From an uncultured delta proteobacterium (GTDB lineage: Bacteria; Myxococcota_A; Polyangia; Polyangiales; Polyangiaceae): a stretch of 64,000 nt of DNA. The position numbers were made by a program, and so were the translations under genes. This document shows, piece by piece, positions 29,501-43,683 of this stretch (the stretch's first letter is position 1; the number at the start of each line of letters is the position of its first letter). The stretch lies in contig CAWAIF010000003.1 of NCBI GenBank assembly GCA_963782055.1, positions 6,848,001 to 6,912,000 of the forward strand, written 5' to 3'. Below the pieces are notes generated by a model. The model had not been told where the DNA came from, did no database searches, and saw only the letters and a program-made list of their open reading frames with translations.

Positions 29501-30971
29501 GCACCGCGAAGTGCGCGCCCACGTGCGCCTCGCTGAAGCCGACGAGGCGCTCGCGGCTCGGGTCGTCGGCCGGCCGGTCGTAGACCCCGAAGTTGCGCGT
29601 GACGGCGGTGAAGTCGCCGTCCAGCTTGAGCGGGTCGAGCAATCCGCCGAAGCTCGCCAGGTGAACCTCGTCGATGTCCCACCCGACGTGCGCGTGCGGG
29701 TGGACGTCCAGGTCACGCAGCAGCGTGGTGAAGCTCACGCCGTGGATCTCCGCCTTCACCCCGAGCGTCTTGGCCAGCGGCTCGACGTGCAGGCCGCTCA
29801 GGCTCACCACGCCGCCGGCGAGCTTGACCTCCATGGTCGGGCTGCGGATGACGTTGTCCTTGATGGACACCTGGCCGTCGAGGGCGTCGGCGAGGTGGTA
29901 GTGCCCCACGCGCACGCCGCCCGCGCGCAGCCGGCCGTCGGCCTGGGGCATGTTCATCCCCGCGGCGTACTTCACGTCGGCGTCGAGGGAGACCCACCCG
30001 CCCACGTCGGGCGTCTGCGCGAAACGGCTGGCGATGCCGACGGGCGCGCGCACCTTCGCGTGGCCGGAGAAGTCGGGGAGGTCCTGCGGCGCCCTGGGGT
30101 AGCGCACGTGCACGTGGTTGAGCGAGACCTCCACCTGGCGCGGGTCGTCGTCGGCGAGCGAGCAGGTGGGGGCGTTGGCCTGCGTCGGGTCCAGGTCGGC
30201 CGCGCCTGTCAGCTCCAGCCGGCGCACCGTCACGTCGTCGGGGGTGATGCGCACGCGGCCGTCCAGGCTGCAGAGGACGTCGTCGTCGGAGGCGTGCTTA
30301 CCGCCGCCGAGGTCCCGCACGCGGTGCATCTGGGAGGCGCCGGCGCGGACCGCGATCTCGAAGGAGGAGCCGCGGACCGGGTCGTCCTCGGTCGTCACGT
30401 CCAGGTCCACCTCGTGCGCGTGGACGCTCGCGTCGTCCACGGTGAGGTCCACGTCGCCATCTGTGATGGCGAAGACATCGAAGAAGGCGTGGAAGGGACC
30501 GGTCTGCTTGCTGCTCGCCGACTTGACGTTCAGGTTGACCAGCTTCTTGTCCTTGACCACCACCCGCGCACGCGGCGCCTCGATGTCGATCTGGTCGATG
30601 ATGAGCTTGCCGCTGAGCAGCGGGAAGAAGCGCGGGCGCACGGTGGCGCTCTTCGCGGTGAGGAAGGGGCTGCCGCCGTCGGTGGCGTCGACGCGCAGGT
30701 CGGCCAGCTCCAGGGCGATGGGCCAGAGGTGCACCACCACGCGATAGTGGGCCTGGATGCCCTCGTCCCGGAGCATCCGGGACGTCTCCCTGGCCGTCCA
30801 CTGCTGGACGAAGTCGCTGCGGGCGAGCAGGGTCAGCGCGATGGGCAGCGCCCCGAGCAGCGCCAGCACCCCGCAGATCACCCGGGCCAGGGCGCGCCCC
30901 AGCGAGAAGCGCCGCCGTGGCGGCGCCGCCGGGGGCGGAAGCTGGGTCTCCTGGGAGCGCTCGTACGGCAT
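26544..30971 (-). CDS. tamB: TamB/AsmA-like translocation and assembly module protein
   Basis: 1475 aa; N-terminal TM; beta-rich; LTSDPPLAQEDIVLLL and GVDLRWRLEFE ends; adjacent to Omp85 gene. Confidence 0.85.
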   Translation of the reverse strand: MPYERSQETQLPPPAAPPRRRFSLGRALARVICGVLALLGALPIALTLLARSDFVQQWTARETSRMLRDEGIQAHYRVVVHLWPIALELADLRVDATDGGSPFLTAKSATVRPRFFPLLSGKLIIDQIDIEAPRARVVVKDKKLVNLNVKSASSKQTGPFHAFFDVFAITDGDVDLTVDDASVHAHEVDLDVTTEDDPVRGSSFEIAVRAGASQMHRVRDLGGGKHASDDDVLCSLDGRVRITPDDVTVRRLELTGAADLDPTQANAPTCSLADDDPRQVEVSLNHVHVRYPRAPQDLPDFSGHAKVRAPVGIASRFAQTPDVGGWVSLDADVKYAAGMNMPQADGRLRAGGVRVGHYHLADALDGQVSIKDNVIRSPTMEVKLAGGVVSLSGLHVEPLAKTLGVKAEIHGVSFTTLLRDLDVHPHAHVGWDIDEVHLASFGGLLDPLKLDGDFTAVTRNFGVYDRPADDPSRERLVGFSEAHVGAHFAVRPDGVSFRAAHADLAHSHIQGGYVFIGFAGGLQVDAPDADVGLADITPLASIPLAGQAQVKVHVGEDTTNPRLVGDASIKDFAIADMPFGNVTAAHAELDQKLLTLTNVRAVKNKSSYQMPSARLDFGGPGSMQMDATAHADSLDLRDLLDIFQMNDDPRFDQLDANISGDTTFHLALGGPEDPCGGGFIAVHASPHFTQIDLLGEQFDDGDADVDLSWRDRLAGLDGADVQLHSISLHKVRREKDGSAVGSVLGSASIQEGGALHGNLVLESVPLSRLQTLGSYAQELEGTVSGIAQVSGTVDAFTVEADADVSPVHVRGASLGGSRLHVTMTQVAPKQGAVGKTRCGGLLYPAFDKEAYARDTSSHGEYVVTGDVFGGEAHVERLTFSRAKQVEVAGSVLFRKLELGPFGKIVAPATEGGETSPLARLGGVLSGDLTIDHLKQGDMEHGVVRFLPRELVVGRENKKISLNPTAAVIALRDDTLTIPPLELDLQAGGGLSGAISVQGTASDVFGATTLDMTADLAPVDLGVLAGAVPKLDKAVGSFSGGVHVTGPLQDPVLQGDLRIKASELDIHDLPDPITDVDVDLRAENQEIRVARGVGKFAGGTLDLAGRVPIRHLTIGTAKLSVSARGVRITPAPGISAGLDADLAVTLDDKGSGETRNLPHVTGAVVVTSFDYTRPINLVDNISAFGGRAKRTEVETYDPSLDAVKLDLQVFSRVPLNIHNNLIDVKLALDSGPLLVSGTNQRYGLRGELRAEPGGHFRLPFGSSVFDIKEAKIRFNDPDRLVANVDIQAQTEYRRTGGSSYSASSSSGAQAGTTWRINVHAYGDSDDLKVDLTSDPPLAQEDIVLLLTIGITRAEADQAQTAIGQGLALEAVSAATGASAAVRSAIPVIDDFHFGSAYSPHSGQTVPVVSVGKRITKDVTANVATGLSGSNELYANILWRLSKGVSIQGSYDNVNNDVTSLGVGNVGVDLRWRLEFE

Positions 30972-31181
30972 GGGCTGGGCGGATGGACGGGGCGAGAGGT
31001 GAAATGTAGCGAAAAGCGGGGGCCCGGCCCATTGTTTGACGTGTAAAAAACCGCGAAATCTCGGCGGATTTAGGCACTGCTAGCACGCTTGCACTCCGAC
31101 GCCTGGCGGCCAACCTCTCGAGGGGACCCCCGCCGGGGGGGCCGGCCCCCACGGCCGGGGCCGCGGTGGTAAAAGGACACC

Positions 31182-31904
31182 ATGCGGCGGACGACGGAGG
31201 GGGTCCTCTCCAGCGGGGAGCTGGTCCCGCGCCGCATCGCGGCCATCGAGCGGCACGATCCGGAGCGGGTCATCCGGCTGCTGGAGCCGCTGGTGCTCGA
31301 GCGGCGCCGGGCGAGGCTGCGGGAGGTCATCGACGCGCGCCTCGGCAGCGTGTGCGTGGTCTTCGACGCCCCCCACGATCCGCACAACGGCGCGGCGGTG
31401 GTGCGCACCTGCGAGGCCTTGGGCGTGCAGACGTTGCACGTCGTCGAGCGCCGGGAGAGCTTCCTCGCCGCCGCGTCGGTGGCGCGCGGCGCGGAGAAGT
31501 GGGTGGACGTGCTCACCCACAAGGACGTCGCCGGCGCCGTCGCCGCCGCGCGCGCCGCGGGCATGGAGCTCTGCGCCGCGACCGCCACCGGCGAGCTGGA
31601 GCCGCCCGATCTCGCCCGCATCCCGCGCCTCGCGCTGGTGCTGGGCAACGAGCGCGACGGCATCGCCGACGAGCTGCTCGCCGCGTGCACCCGCTCCGTG
31701 CGCGTACCGATGCGCGGCTTCGTCGAGAGCCTCAACGTCAGCGTGACCGCCGCCATCCTGCTGTCCCACGCCACCGCCGGCCGCCCCGGGGACCTGCCGG
31801 AGCGCGACAGGCGCAGACTCTACGCGCGCGGCCTGTATCTCACCGTCCCTCGCGCAGCGGATGTGCTGCGCGAAGATCCCGGCGACCCAGACCGTGAACC
31901 ATGA
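31182..31904 (+). CDS. TrmH/SpoU family RNA methyltransferase
   Basis: DPHNGAAVVRTCEALG, LVLGNERDG and PMRGFVESLNVSV. Confidence 0.92.
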   Translation: MRRTTEGVLSSGELVPRRIAAIERHDPERVIRLLEPLVLERRRARLREVIDARLGSVCVVFDAPHDPHNGAAVVRTCEALGVQTLHVVERRESFLAAASVARGAEKWVDVLTHKDVAGAVAAARAAGMELCAATATGELEPPDLARIPRLALVLGNERDGIADELLAACTRSVRVPMRGFVESLNVSVTAAILLSHATAGRPGDLPERDRRRLYARGLYLTVPRAADVLREDPGDPDREP

Positions 31905-31986
31905 ACTTTGCATCGACTGGCGGACATGATTACCCTCGCGTTGGGCCGGCGCGTACCCCTGCGCAAAGCTCGCCCTCAAAGCACCC

Positions 31987-32550
31987 ATGACCCAGGACGC
32001 CGACACCAAGGCCGAGACGGCCGAAGACGAAGCGAGCACCCCGGCCGATCCGGCCGAGGAGGAAGCCACCCCGGCCGACCCGCTGGAGGCTGCCCGCGCA
32101 GAGGCCACCCGCCTCAAGGACGCGCTGATGCGCACCGCCGCGGACTTCGACAACTTCCGCAAGCGAAGCCGCCGTGAGGTGGAAGACGCCCGCCGCACCG
32201 GCCGCGTGGACCTGCTCAAGGAGCTGCTCCCCGTCTTCGACAACCTGGAGCGCGGCGTCCAGAGCGCCCAGCGCGCGCAGGACGTCAAGGCCGTCGCCGA
32301 CGGCCTGACGATGATCCTCAAGCAGTTCGAGGCGACGCTCGGGCGCGCCGGCATCACCCGCGTGCCGACCATCGGCAGCATCTTCAATCCCAGCGTGCAC
32401 GAGGCCATCCAGCAGGTGGAGACGGCGGAGCACCCGCCCGGCACCGTCGTGGCGGAGGTCCAGCCCGGCTACCTCCACGGCGACCGACTCGTCCGCGCGG
32501 CGATGGTCGTGGTCGCCAAGCCCAAGAGCGACGGCGAGAGCGCCTCGTAG
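31987..32550 (+). CDS. grpE: Nucleotide exchange factor GrpE
   Basis: [27 protein letters not shown] and GY....RLVRAAMV. Confidence 0.96.
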   Translation: MTQDADTKAETAEDEASTPADPAEEEATPADPLEAARAEATRLKDALMRTAADFDNFRKRSRREVEDARRTGRVDLLKELLPVFDNLERGVQSAQRAQDVKAVADGLTMILKQFEATLGRAGITRVPTIGSIFNPSVHEAIQQVETAEHPPGTVVAEVQPGYLHGDRLVRAAMVVVAKPKSDGESAS

Positions 32551-32661
32551 CCTCACCCCCCTCCGAAGAGGCGTGCTTGACGCGTCAACCTTTGGCGGGG
32601 CAAAAGGGGTCTGTGCTCATGCCTGGCGCACGCAAACGGTGTATCGTCGGATTCCCTGACC

Positions 32662-34527
<1,866 letters not shown>

Positions 34528-34586
34528 GTGGGGTCCGCGCGGCTTCGCCCGGGGTGCCCGGCGGTCATCCGCGCTATAGTTGGTGC

Positions 34587-35849
<1,263 letters not shown>

Positions 35850-35851
35850 TC

Positions 35852-36685
35852 ATGCCCCACGCGCGCGCCGGCGACGGCACCCGCATCCACTACGAGGTCC
35901 ACGAGGGCCGCGCGACCGGCGAGCGGCCGACGGTCGTGCTGGTGCAGGGGCTCGGCCTCTCCTCGCGCTTCTGGTTCGACCAGCCGAAGCTCGTCTCGGA
36001 GGACCGAGACGCGCCGCACCGCGTGGTGGTGCTGGACAACCGCGGCACCGGCCGCAGCGACAGGCCGCGCGGGCCGTACCGCATGGCGCGCATGGCCGAC
36101 GACGTGGCGGAGGTCATCGCGCTCACCGGCAGCGCCCCGGCGATCGTCGTCGGCATCTCCATGGGCGGGATGATCGCCCAGCGCCTCGCCATCCGGCACC
36201 CGGACAAGGTGCGCGGCCTGGTCCTGCTCGCCACCACGCCCGGCCTGCCCGCGGCGGTGCTCCCCGCCCCGCGGACCATCGCCACCCTGCTGAGCGCGCC
36301 GCTGCAGCGCAAGGGCGGCGGCGCGTCGCGCCGCTACAACCGGCTCCTCTTGCCGGAGGCCGAGCTCGACCGCGCGCACGTGCACTTCGCGCGATGGCCG
36401 GCGGCGCTCGCGCACGATCCGCTCCGCTTCTCCACCTTCCTCGCCCAGTTCTTCGCCGTCATGACCCACTGGACCGGCGACGCCCTCCGGCGCATCGACT
36501 GCCCCGCGGTGGTGGTGCACGGCGCCGAGGACATCCTCGTCCCGCCGCGCAACGGCGAGCGCATCGCGCGGCGCATCCCCAACGCCTCGCTGGAGATCCT
36601 GCCCGCCGTCGCGCACGCAGTGCCCATGCTGGACAGCGCGGTGGTGCAGCGTTCGCTGCGCAAGCTGGCGGAGATGGGGGCGTGA
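35852..36685 (+). CDS. Alpha/beta fold hydrolase
   Basis: DNRGTGRS, GISMGG nucleophile elbow, HGAEDILVP and AH. Confidence 0.9.
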   Translation: MPHARAGDGTRIHYEVHEGRATGERPTVVLVQGLGLSSRFWFDQPKLVSEDRDAPHRVVVLDNRGTGRSDRPRGPYRMARMADDVAEVIALTGSAPAIVVGISMGGMIAQRLAIRHPDKVRGLVLLATTPGLPAAVLPAPRTIATLLSAPLQRKGGGASRRYNRLLLPEAELDRAHVHFARWPAALAHDPLRFSTFLAQFFAVMTHWTGDALRRIDCPAVVVHGAEDILVPPRNGERIARRIPNASLEILPAVAHAVPMLDSAVVQRSLRKLAEMGA

Positions 36686-37215
36686 GGCGCGCGGCGGCGG
36701 CGGCGATCGCCGCGGGGGCGATGGGGGCGGCGGCGATCGTGGCGTGCACCTCCTCGTCGCGCGTGGTGCAGGCGCCCATGCTCCCCGTCGGGTACGTCAT
36801 GCCGGTGGAGGACGCCGGCGCCGACGGCGACGCCGCGACAGGCCGCAAGGTGCTGGCGGGCACCTACAAGGGCGTGGGCATCCAGAGCAACGGCCCGGAG
36901 TGGCCGATGCTGGTGCACTTCGCCGCCGGCGGCGGCGCGGTGGTGCACGCCTCGGTGCGCTACCCCTCGCTCGGCTGCGTGGCGGAGTGGAAGCTGCAGC
37001 GGGAGGGCCGAGGCGGCCAGTGGACCGGCGTGGAGAACGTGGTGAGCGGCAAGCGCTGCATCGCCTTCGGAGTGATCCACGTGGAGTGGGTCGACGACGT
37101 CACGCTCAAGTGGGACTGGCACGACACGACCAAGAAGCTGGGCGCGCGGGCGACGCTGACGAAGGACGTGACCGGACGAAACCCGTTCCGCGATCGCGAG
37201 CCGGACTTCCCCTGA
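36682..37215 (+). CDS. Hypothetical lipoprotein
   Basis: GTGA overlap with upstream stop; signal ...AAAIVAC. Confidence 0.6.
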   Translation: MRRAAAAAIAAGAMGAAAIVACTSSSRVVQAPMLPVGYVMPVEDAGADGDAATGRKVLAGTYKGVGIQSNGPEWPMLVHFAAGGGAVVHASVRYPSLGCVAEWKLQREGRGGQWTGVENVVSGKRCIAFGVIHVEWVDDVTLKWDWHDTTKKLGARATLTKDVTGRNPFRDREPDFP

Positions 37216-37218
37216 CCC

Positions 37219-39147
37219 TCACCCGTCCAGCACCTCACGCACCTTCCGCAGCAGCCTGGAGTGAGTGATGGGCTTCGGGAGGAAGGGCACGCCCTCCTCC
37301 AGGATGGGCCGCCCGCCGACTGTGCCCGTGTACCCCGACATGAACAGCACCTTCGTGCCGGCGCGCGCGGCGGTGAGACGCTCCGCGAGCCGGTGGCCGT
37401 TCATCCCGGGCATCACCACGTCGGTCACCAGCAGGTGGATCTCGCCGCGGTGCTCCTCGCTCAGGCGGAGCGCCTCGGAAGGGTCCCCCGCCGCGAGCAC
37501 GGCGTAGCCCGTGCGCCGCAGGATCGCCACGAGCACCTTGCGAAGGTGCGCCTCGTCCTCCACGAGCAAGATGGTCTCGCCGGTCCGGTGTGCCGGGGCG
37601 AGCGACGGACGCGCTTCCGCCGCCACGCTGGTCGCCACCGCGCGGGGGAACAGCAGGCTGAACGTCGTCCCGGCGCCGGGGTCACTCTTGACGCGGATCG
37701 ACCCGCCGCTCTGCTCCACGATGCCGAGGACGGTGGCCAGACCGAGCCCGGTGCCCTTGCCCACCTCCTTGGTGGTGAAGAAGGGGTCGAAGATCCGACT
37801 CCGCGTCGCCTCGTCCATGCCCTCGCCCGTGTCCGCGACGGTCAGCCGCACGTGAGGCCCGTGCTTCACGCTCGAAGGCCCCTGCGCGCCGCCCGACGGC
37901 GGCTCCACGTTGGACGTCTCGATCGTCAGCGTCCCGCCGCCCGGCATCGCGTCGCGCGCGTTGACGGCGAGGTTCATCAGCACCTGCTCGATCTGTCCCG
38001 GGTCCACCTTCACCGTCCACAGCGAGGGGGCCGGGCGGATGATCAGCTCCACGTCCTCTCCGAGGAGGCGTCTCAACATTCGCTCGATGCCGGCGAGAGA
38101 CTGGTTGAGGTCGACGACGCGCGGCTGGAGAACCTGCCGGCGGCTGAAGGCGAGGAGCTGGCCGGTCAGCTCCGCGGCGCGGCGCCCTGCCTTCTCGATC
38201 TCCGAGAGGTCCTCGTAAAGCGGGTTGGAGGGGTCGAGGCTCTCGACGGCCATCGTCGCGTAGCTCAGGATGACGGAGAGGACGTTGTTGAAGTCGTGCG
38301 CGACACCCCCGGCGAGGCGACCGACAGCCTCCATCTTCTGGGCTTGACGGAGCTTGTCCTCCATCCGCCTCTGCTCGGTCACGTCCTTGGCGTAGACGAT
38401 CATGCACCGGCAATCCCGGACGAGCACCGTCTGCCCGGTGATCTGGGCATCGATCGGGGTGCCGTCCTTCTTCCTGTGCTTCCAGAGGCCGTAGTCGAGC
38501 ACCCCGGGCTGGGCGCTCCCCGCCAGCTCGATCAACCTGGGGGCCTCCTCCGGAGGGCGTATGTCGGTCACCCGCATCCGCAAGAACTCCTCCCGCGAGT
38601 ACCCGTAGTGCTTGATGGCCGCCTCGTTGACCGCGAGGAAGCGCATCGTCTCGATGTCGAAGACCCACGTCGGCATGGGGCTGTTGTCGAACAGCCCGCG
38701 GTACTCCGCCTCCGACTCGCGCAGCGCCTCCTCGCTCTCGCGAAGCCGCTGCTCGACCCGCGAGCGCTCGGTCACGTCGCGCTGGATCGCCAGGAAGCCG
38801 ATGATCTGGCCGCGCTCGTCCAGCATCGGGTTGGCGGTCGCCTCGATGTGCACGAGCCGGCCGTCCTTGGTCTTGTTGATGACCTCGACCGGGACGACCT
38901 CCTTGGAGAGGAGCCTGGCCCACAGGTCCTGGTAGAAGGTGGCGTCCTGCATGCCGGACTTCAGGATGCGCGGCGTGAACCCCACCGCCTCGGCGCGCGT
39001 GAAGCCGTAGAGCCTCTCGAACGCAGGGTTGACGTAGGTGATCGTGCCGTCGGGGGTGGTGGTGAAGATGATGTCGCTGGAGCGCTCCACCGCGAGCCTG
39101 AATGTCGGCTCCCCCTGCGCGTCGCTCCGGCGTGCTCGATCGTCCAT
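37219..39147 (-). CDS. Hybrid sensor histidine kinase (2 PAS + HisKA + HATPase + REC)
   Basis: AHDFNN H-box, NARDAM, PFFTTK..GKGTGLGL and LLVTDVVMP. Confidence 0.95.
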   Translation of the reverse strand: MDDRARRSDAQGEPTFRLAVERSSDIIFTTTPDGTITYVNPAFERLYGFTRAEAVGFTPRILKSGMQDATFYQDLWARLLSKEVVPVEVINKTKDGRLVHIEATANPMLDERGQIIGFLAIQRDVTERSRVEQRLRESEEALRESEAEYRGLFDNSPMPTWVFDIETMRFLAVNEAAIKHYGYSREEFLRMRVTDIRPPEEAPRLIELAGSAQPGVLDYGLWKHRKKDGTPIDAQITGQTVLVRDCRCMIVYAKDVTEQRRMEDKLRQAQKMEAVGRLAGGVAHDFNNVLSVILSYATMAVESLDPSNPLYEDLSEIEKAGRRAAELTGQLLAFSRRQVLQPRVVDLNQSLAGIERMLRRLLGEDVELIIRPAPSLWTVKVDPGQIEQVLMNLAVNARDAMPGGGTLTIETSNVEPPSGGAQGPSSVKHGPHVRLTVADTGEGMDEATRSRIFDPFFTTKEVGKGTGLGLATVLGIVEQSGGSIRVKSDPGAGTTFSLLFPRAVATSVAAEARPSLAPAHRTGETILLVEDEAHLRKVLVAILRRTGYAVLAAGDPSEALRLSEEHRGEIHLLVTDVVMPGMNGHRLAERLTAARAGTKVLFMSGYTGTVGGRPILEEGVPFLPKPITHSRLLRKVREVLDG

Positions 39148-39231
39148 GTGACCAGCCTTCCAGCATACCGCCGGACCAGCCCTGGTGTCACCGGGGACCC
39201 AATGCTTGGAGCAGCTCTACCGCAGGGTCAG

Positions 39232-40107
39232 CTACTTTCCAGTCTTGGAGATCATCCCGCCGCCGGCGTTGATCCAGTAGACGCTGGTCGAATCCACCGC
39301 GATGCAGTTGGGGCCGTTCTGCTTCGTGGCGAGGGTCGCGTCGTTCTGGCCCGCCACCGTGGCGCGGTGGACCTCCCCGGTGCTGGGCTTGTAGGGCTGG
39401 ACGTTGGACTGCTCGGCGTACCAGAGGGAGGTGCCGTCGGTCTCCACGCCGTTGATGTAGGCCAGGCCGGAGGAGATCACGGGCGTCGGGGCGGCCGCGG
39501 TCGCGCCCAGGTCGATGGACAGGATGGCGGCTTTGTTCTGCGGGTACGCGCCGAAGTAGGCGTTCTTCGAGTCGATGGCGATGTAGCCCACGCCGCCCAC
39601 CTGGGTGGTCATCGTCGTCACGTTGCCGCCGGCGATGGGCACGCGCTTCACCAGGCCGGAGGTGTGGTCGGTGAAGTAGACGTTGGTCGCGTCGACGCGC
39701 AGGTGGGTGGCGTGGCCCTGGCCCGAGGGCCCGGCGAGCTTGATGGGGTTGGGCGTCGTCTTGTCGCTCTTCCAGACCGAGCCGTCGCCGGCGTTGGCCC
39801 AGTAGACGTTGTTGGCGTCCACGACGACGTCGACCGGAACCGACTGCCCGCTGGCGATGGGCGTGGCCGACCCGCCGCCCACCGGGATGCGCTGGACGGT
39901 GCCGTTGTTGACGCCGGCCCCCTCGTCGGCGAAGAAGAGGTCGGTCCCGTCGGAGGCCATCCCGTGCGGCAGCGCCTGGCCGCCGATGACGAGCATGGGG
40001 CAGCCCCCGCCGATCCAGACGCTCCCGTTGTTGAAGCCGGAGGCCCAGTAGACGTTCTTGGTGTCGATGGTGAGGCACGCGTTGTCGCCGACCGCACCGA
40101 CGCCGGC
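39232..40107 (-). pseudogene. C-terminal beta-propeller part of a lipoprotein gene, separated from its N-terminus by an inversion
   Basis: Repeats I.VD..NVYW; the frame is open upstream of ATG 39996 to AGVGAVGDNAC at 40107 with no signal peptide. Confidence 0.72.
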
Positions 40108-40147
40108 TGCACTGCCGAGCCGGACCTACGCTTGGAGGAGGCTTACC

Positions 40148-40478
40148 ATGCGCACAATCGGGCTCATGTCGTGTGCTGTGTTCGGGGTGTTCGGCTTCGC
40201 CGTGGCGTGCGGCGGCTCGGACGGGACGGAATCTCACGGTGGACGGGGGCGACGACTCCGGCCAGGGGGTCGACTCGGGCAACCCGGGTGACTCCGGCGA
40301 CCCCGGAGACGCCGGCAACGACTCCGCGACGCCGGTGAGCTGCGACGGCGGCCTGATGGCGTGCGGCCAGCAGTGCGTCGACACCAGCACCGACACGCAG
40401 AACTGCGGCGGGTGCGGCGTGGTGTGCAACACGCAGTGCGTGGGCGGTGTCTGCCAGCTCCTAGGCAACCAGTGCGAC
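40148..40478 (+). pseudogene. Inverted N-terminal part (signal peptide + Cys-rich domain) of the same gene, with a +1 frameshift at about 40229
   Basis: GGAGGAG SD, MRTIGL...FAVAC, then CVDTSTDTQNCGGCG...NQCD ending abruptly. Confidence 0.72.
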
Positions 40479-40592
40479 GGCCGCATGCCGTGCGGGATTT
40501 TCGGTGGATCGCGCTCGCGGACGGGCACGCGGACCGCCAACCCGGTTGCCGGTCGATGAATCTCTTGCGGCCCTGGTGCTACGCTGGGGCCG

Positions 40593-42140
<1,548 letters not shown>

Positions 42141-42173
42141 CCGGCTTTGCGGAGACGGCGGGCGGCGCGCGGG

Positions 42174-43595
42174 TCAGAAGTCTTCCAGGTTCTCCCGCAG
42201 GAACTTCAGGATGATGCCGTTGTTGTCGTGGTAGCTGTCCGGGACGTCGTCCCACACCCACTCGTAGGCGCCGTCGACCCAGTCGGTGATCTCGGTGACG
42301 TTGCGCGTGAAGGGCGGGAAGCGCGCGTTCTGGGTGCCGGCGACGTCCACCCAGTAGCCGCTGAAGACCAGAAATGCGCGGTAGCGGTCGCGCCCCTCCG
42401 GGTCCTCCTTGATGCGGCTGGTGAGCTGGTCGAAGCCGAGCGAGCCGAGCTCGTACGTCGGCACCGCGCGGCTGCGCAGCGCCGGCGCCAGCAGGATCTG
42501 TTCGGGCCGGAGCGTGGGCGCGCCCGCGCCCTTCTTCTTCGCGCCGAGCACGCCGGGGTCGACGTAGCCGGCGATCTCGCGCAGCAGCGAGAGCTGGTAC
42601 TCCCCGCTCGTCGGGTAGAGCGCGTGCGATCCCTCACCCACCGCGATCACCGGGTGCCCGTCCAGCTTCAGCGTGCGCTCGTCGTCGAAGGGGACGCGGA
42701 TGCGTCCCTGCGACCAGCGCTTCAGCTTGTTCAGGAAGAAGATGGTCTGGTTCTCCAGGTGCCCGGAGATGATGATCGACGTCGGCCGCTCGTCGCCGTC
42801 GAACACCAGGATCATGCTCTCGCGGTCGAAGACGTGCGGGCCAATCTGCGTGATGCGCGCCAGCCCCGTCTTGGTGTCGAAGGCGTAGATCTGGTGGTAG
42901 CTGATGAAGAAGCGGTCGCTCCCCGGGGCCTCGATGTACGAGTAGTAGATGACGCTGGTGCGCGGGTCGCCGCCAAGCGAGGCGAACACCGAGCGGCGCA
43001 TGCTGAAGAGGTTGAAGTCCAGCAGGTAGTCGGCGTGGCCGTTGTAGCGCATGAACTCGCCGAGCTCGGCGAGCGGGACGCTCTCCTTGCCGAACACCGT
43101 CTTCAGACGCATCGCCTCCGTCGACTCGCGCACGAGCTTGTGGCGCAGCAGCGTCCGCAGCGACACCGGGAAGTACTTCTCCTTGCCGCTGAAGACGAAG
43201 ACCGGCGCGTGCCGCCGCGCGAGCTCCGCGATCTGGGCCTGCGTGCGCCGCAGCCCGCCCTGCACGAAGAGGAGCTGCTTCCACAGCTCGCGCCCCGCCT
43301 TGGAGGTGATGCGCAGCTCCCAGGCGCCGTCGGGGTCGACCCCGCGCGCGAAGCGCAGGCGGAAGCGGCCGGTCTCCGGGTCCACCTCCCCGCGCTTCAC
43401 CCGCTCGCCGTGGCGCACCTCGTAGCGCAGCTCGAACGGGCCGCTCTCGTGCAGCACCCGGCGCAGATCGTCGGGGTGCGTGGTGAGCGCGGGGATGGCC
43501 AGGTCGAGGACGCGGCCGCCCTTCGCGTCGAGCGTGCTCCGCCGGATGTCGAGCATCCGGCGCGCGGTGGCTGGCGATCGCTCCTCTCCGGGCAT
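42174..43595 (-). CDS. Hypothetical protein, possibly Vps62/NPP1-like domain
   Basis: APVFVF...EKYFP and HPVIAVGEGSHALYP resemble that family; clean codon usage. Confidence 0.55.
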   Translation of the reverse strand: MPGEERSPATARRMLDIRRSTLDAKGGRVLDLAIPALTTHPDDLRRVLHESGPFELRYEVRHGERVKRGEVDPETGRFRLRFARGVDPDGAWELRITSKAGRELWKQLLFVQGGLRRTQAQIAELARRHAPVFVFSGKEKYFPVSLRTLLRHKLVRESTEAMRLKTVFGKESVPLAELGEFMRYNGHADYLLDFNLFSMRRSVFASLGGDPRTSVIYYSYIEAPGSDRFFISYHQIYAFDTKTGLARITQIGPHVFDRESMILVFDGDERPTSIIISGHLENQTIFFLNKLKRWSQGRIRVPFDDERTLKLDGHPVIAVGEGSHALYPTSGEYQLSLLREIAGYVDPGVLGAKKKGAGAPTLRPEQILLAPALRSRAVPTYELGSLGFDQLTSRIKEDPEGRDRYRAFLVFSGYWVDVAGTQNARFPPFTRNVTEITDWVDGAYEWVWDDVPDSYHDNNGIILKFLRENLEDF

Positions 43596-43683
43596 GCGTG
43601 CTCTTCGATCAGGCTAGACCAACCGCAAGGGCGGCGGCGGGGAAACGGCGGCGCCCGGTGCTCGCGCCTGATAGGTTGAGGGT

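Noticed and set aside
26406..31046. 1546-aa plus-strand ORF
   Set aside because: Antisense shadow of tamB.
31060..31100. CIRCE heat-shock operator upstream of the trmH-grpE-dnaK cluster
   Set aside because: Only half-site-like TAGCAC/GGCACT; no TTAGCACTC-N9-GAGTGCTAA inverted repeat.
32577..32588. TTGACGCGTCAA palindrome before dnaK as a regulator site
   Set aside because: Single 12-bp occurrence with no second copy or cognate regulator seen; insufficient support.
40100..40490. Recombinase-driven invertible switch
   Set aside because: No inverted repeats at the breakpoints and no invertase nearby; kept only as an inversion of unknown mechanism.
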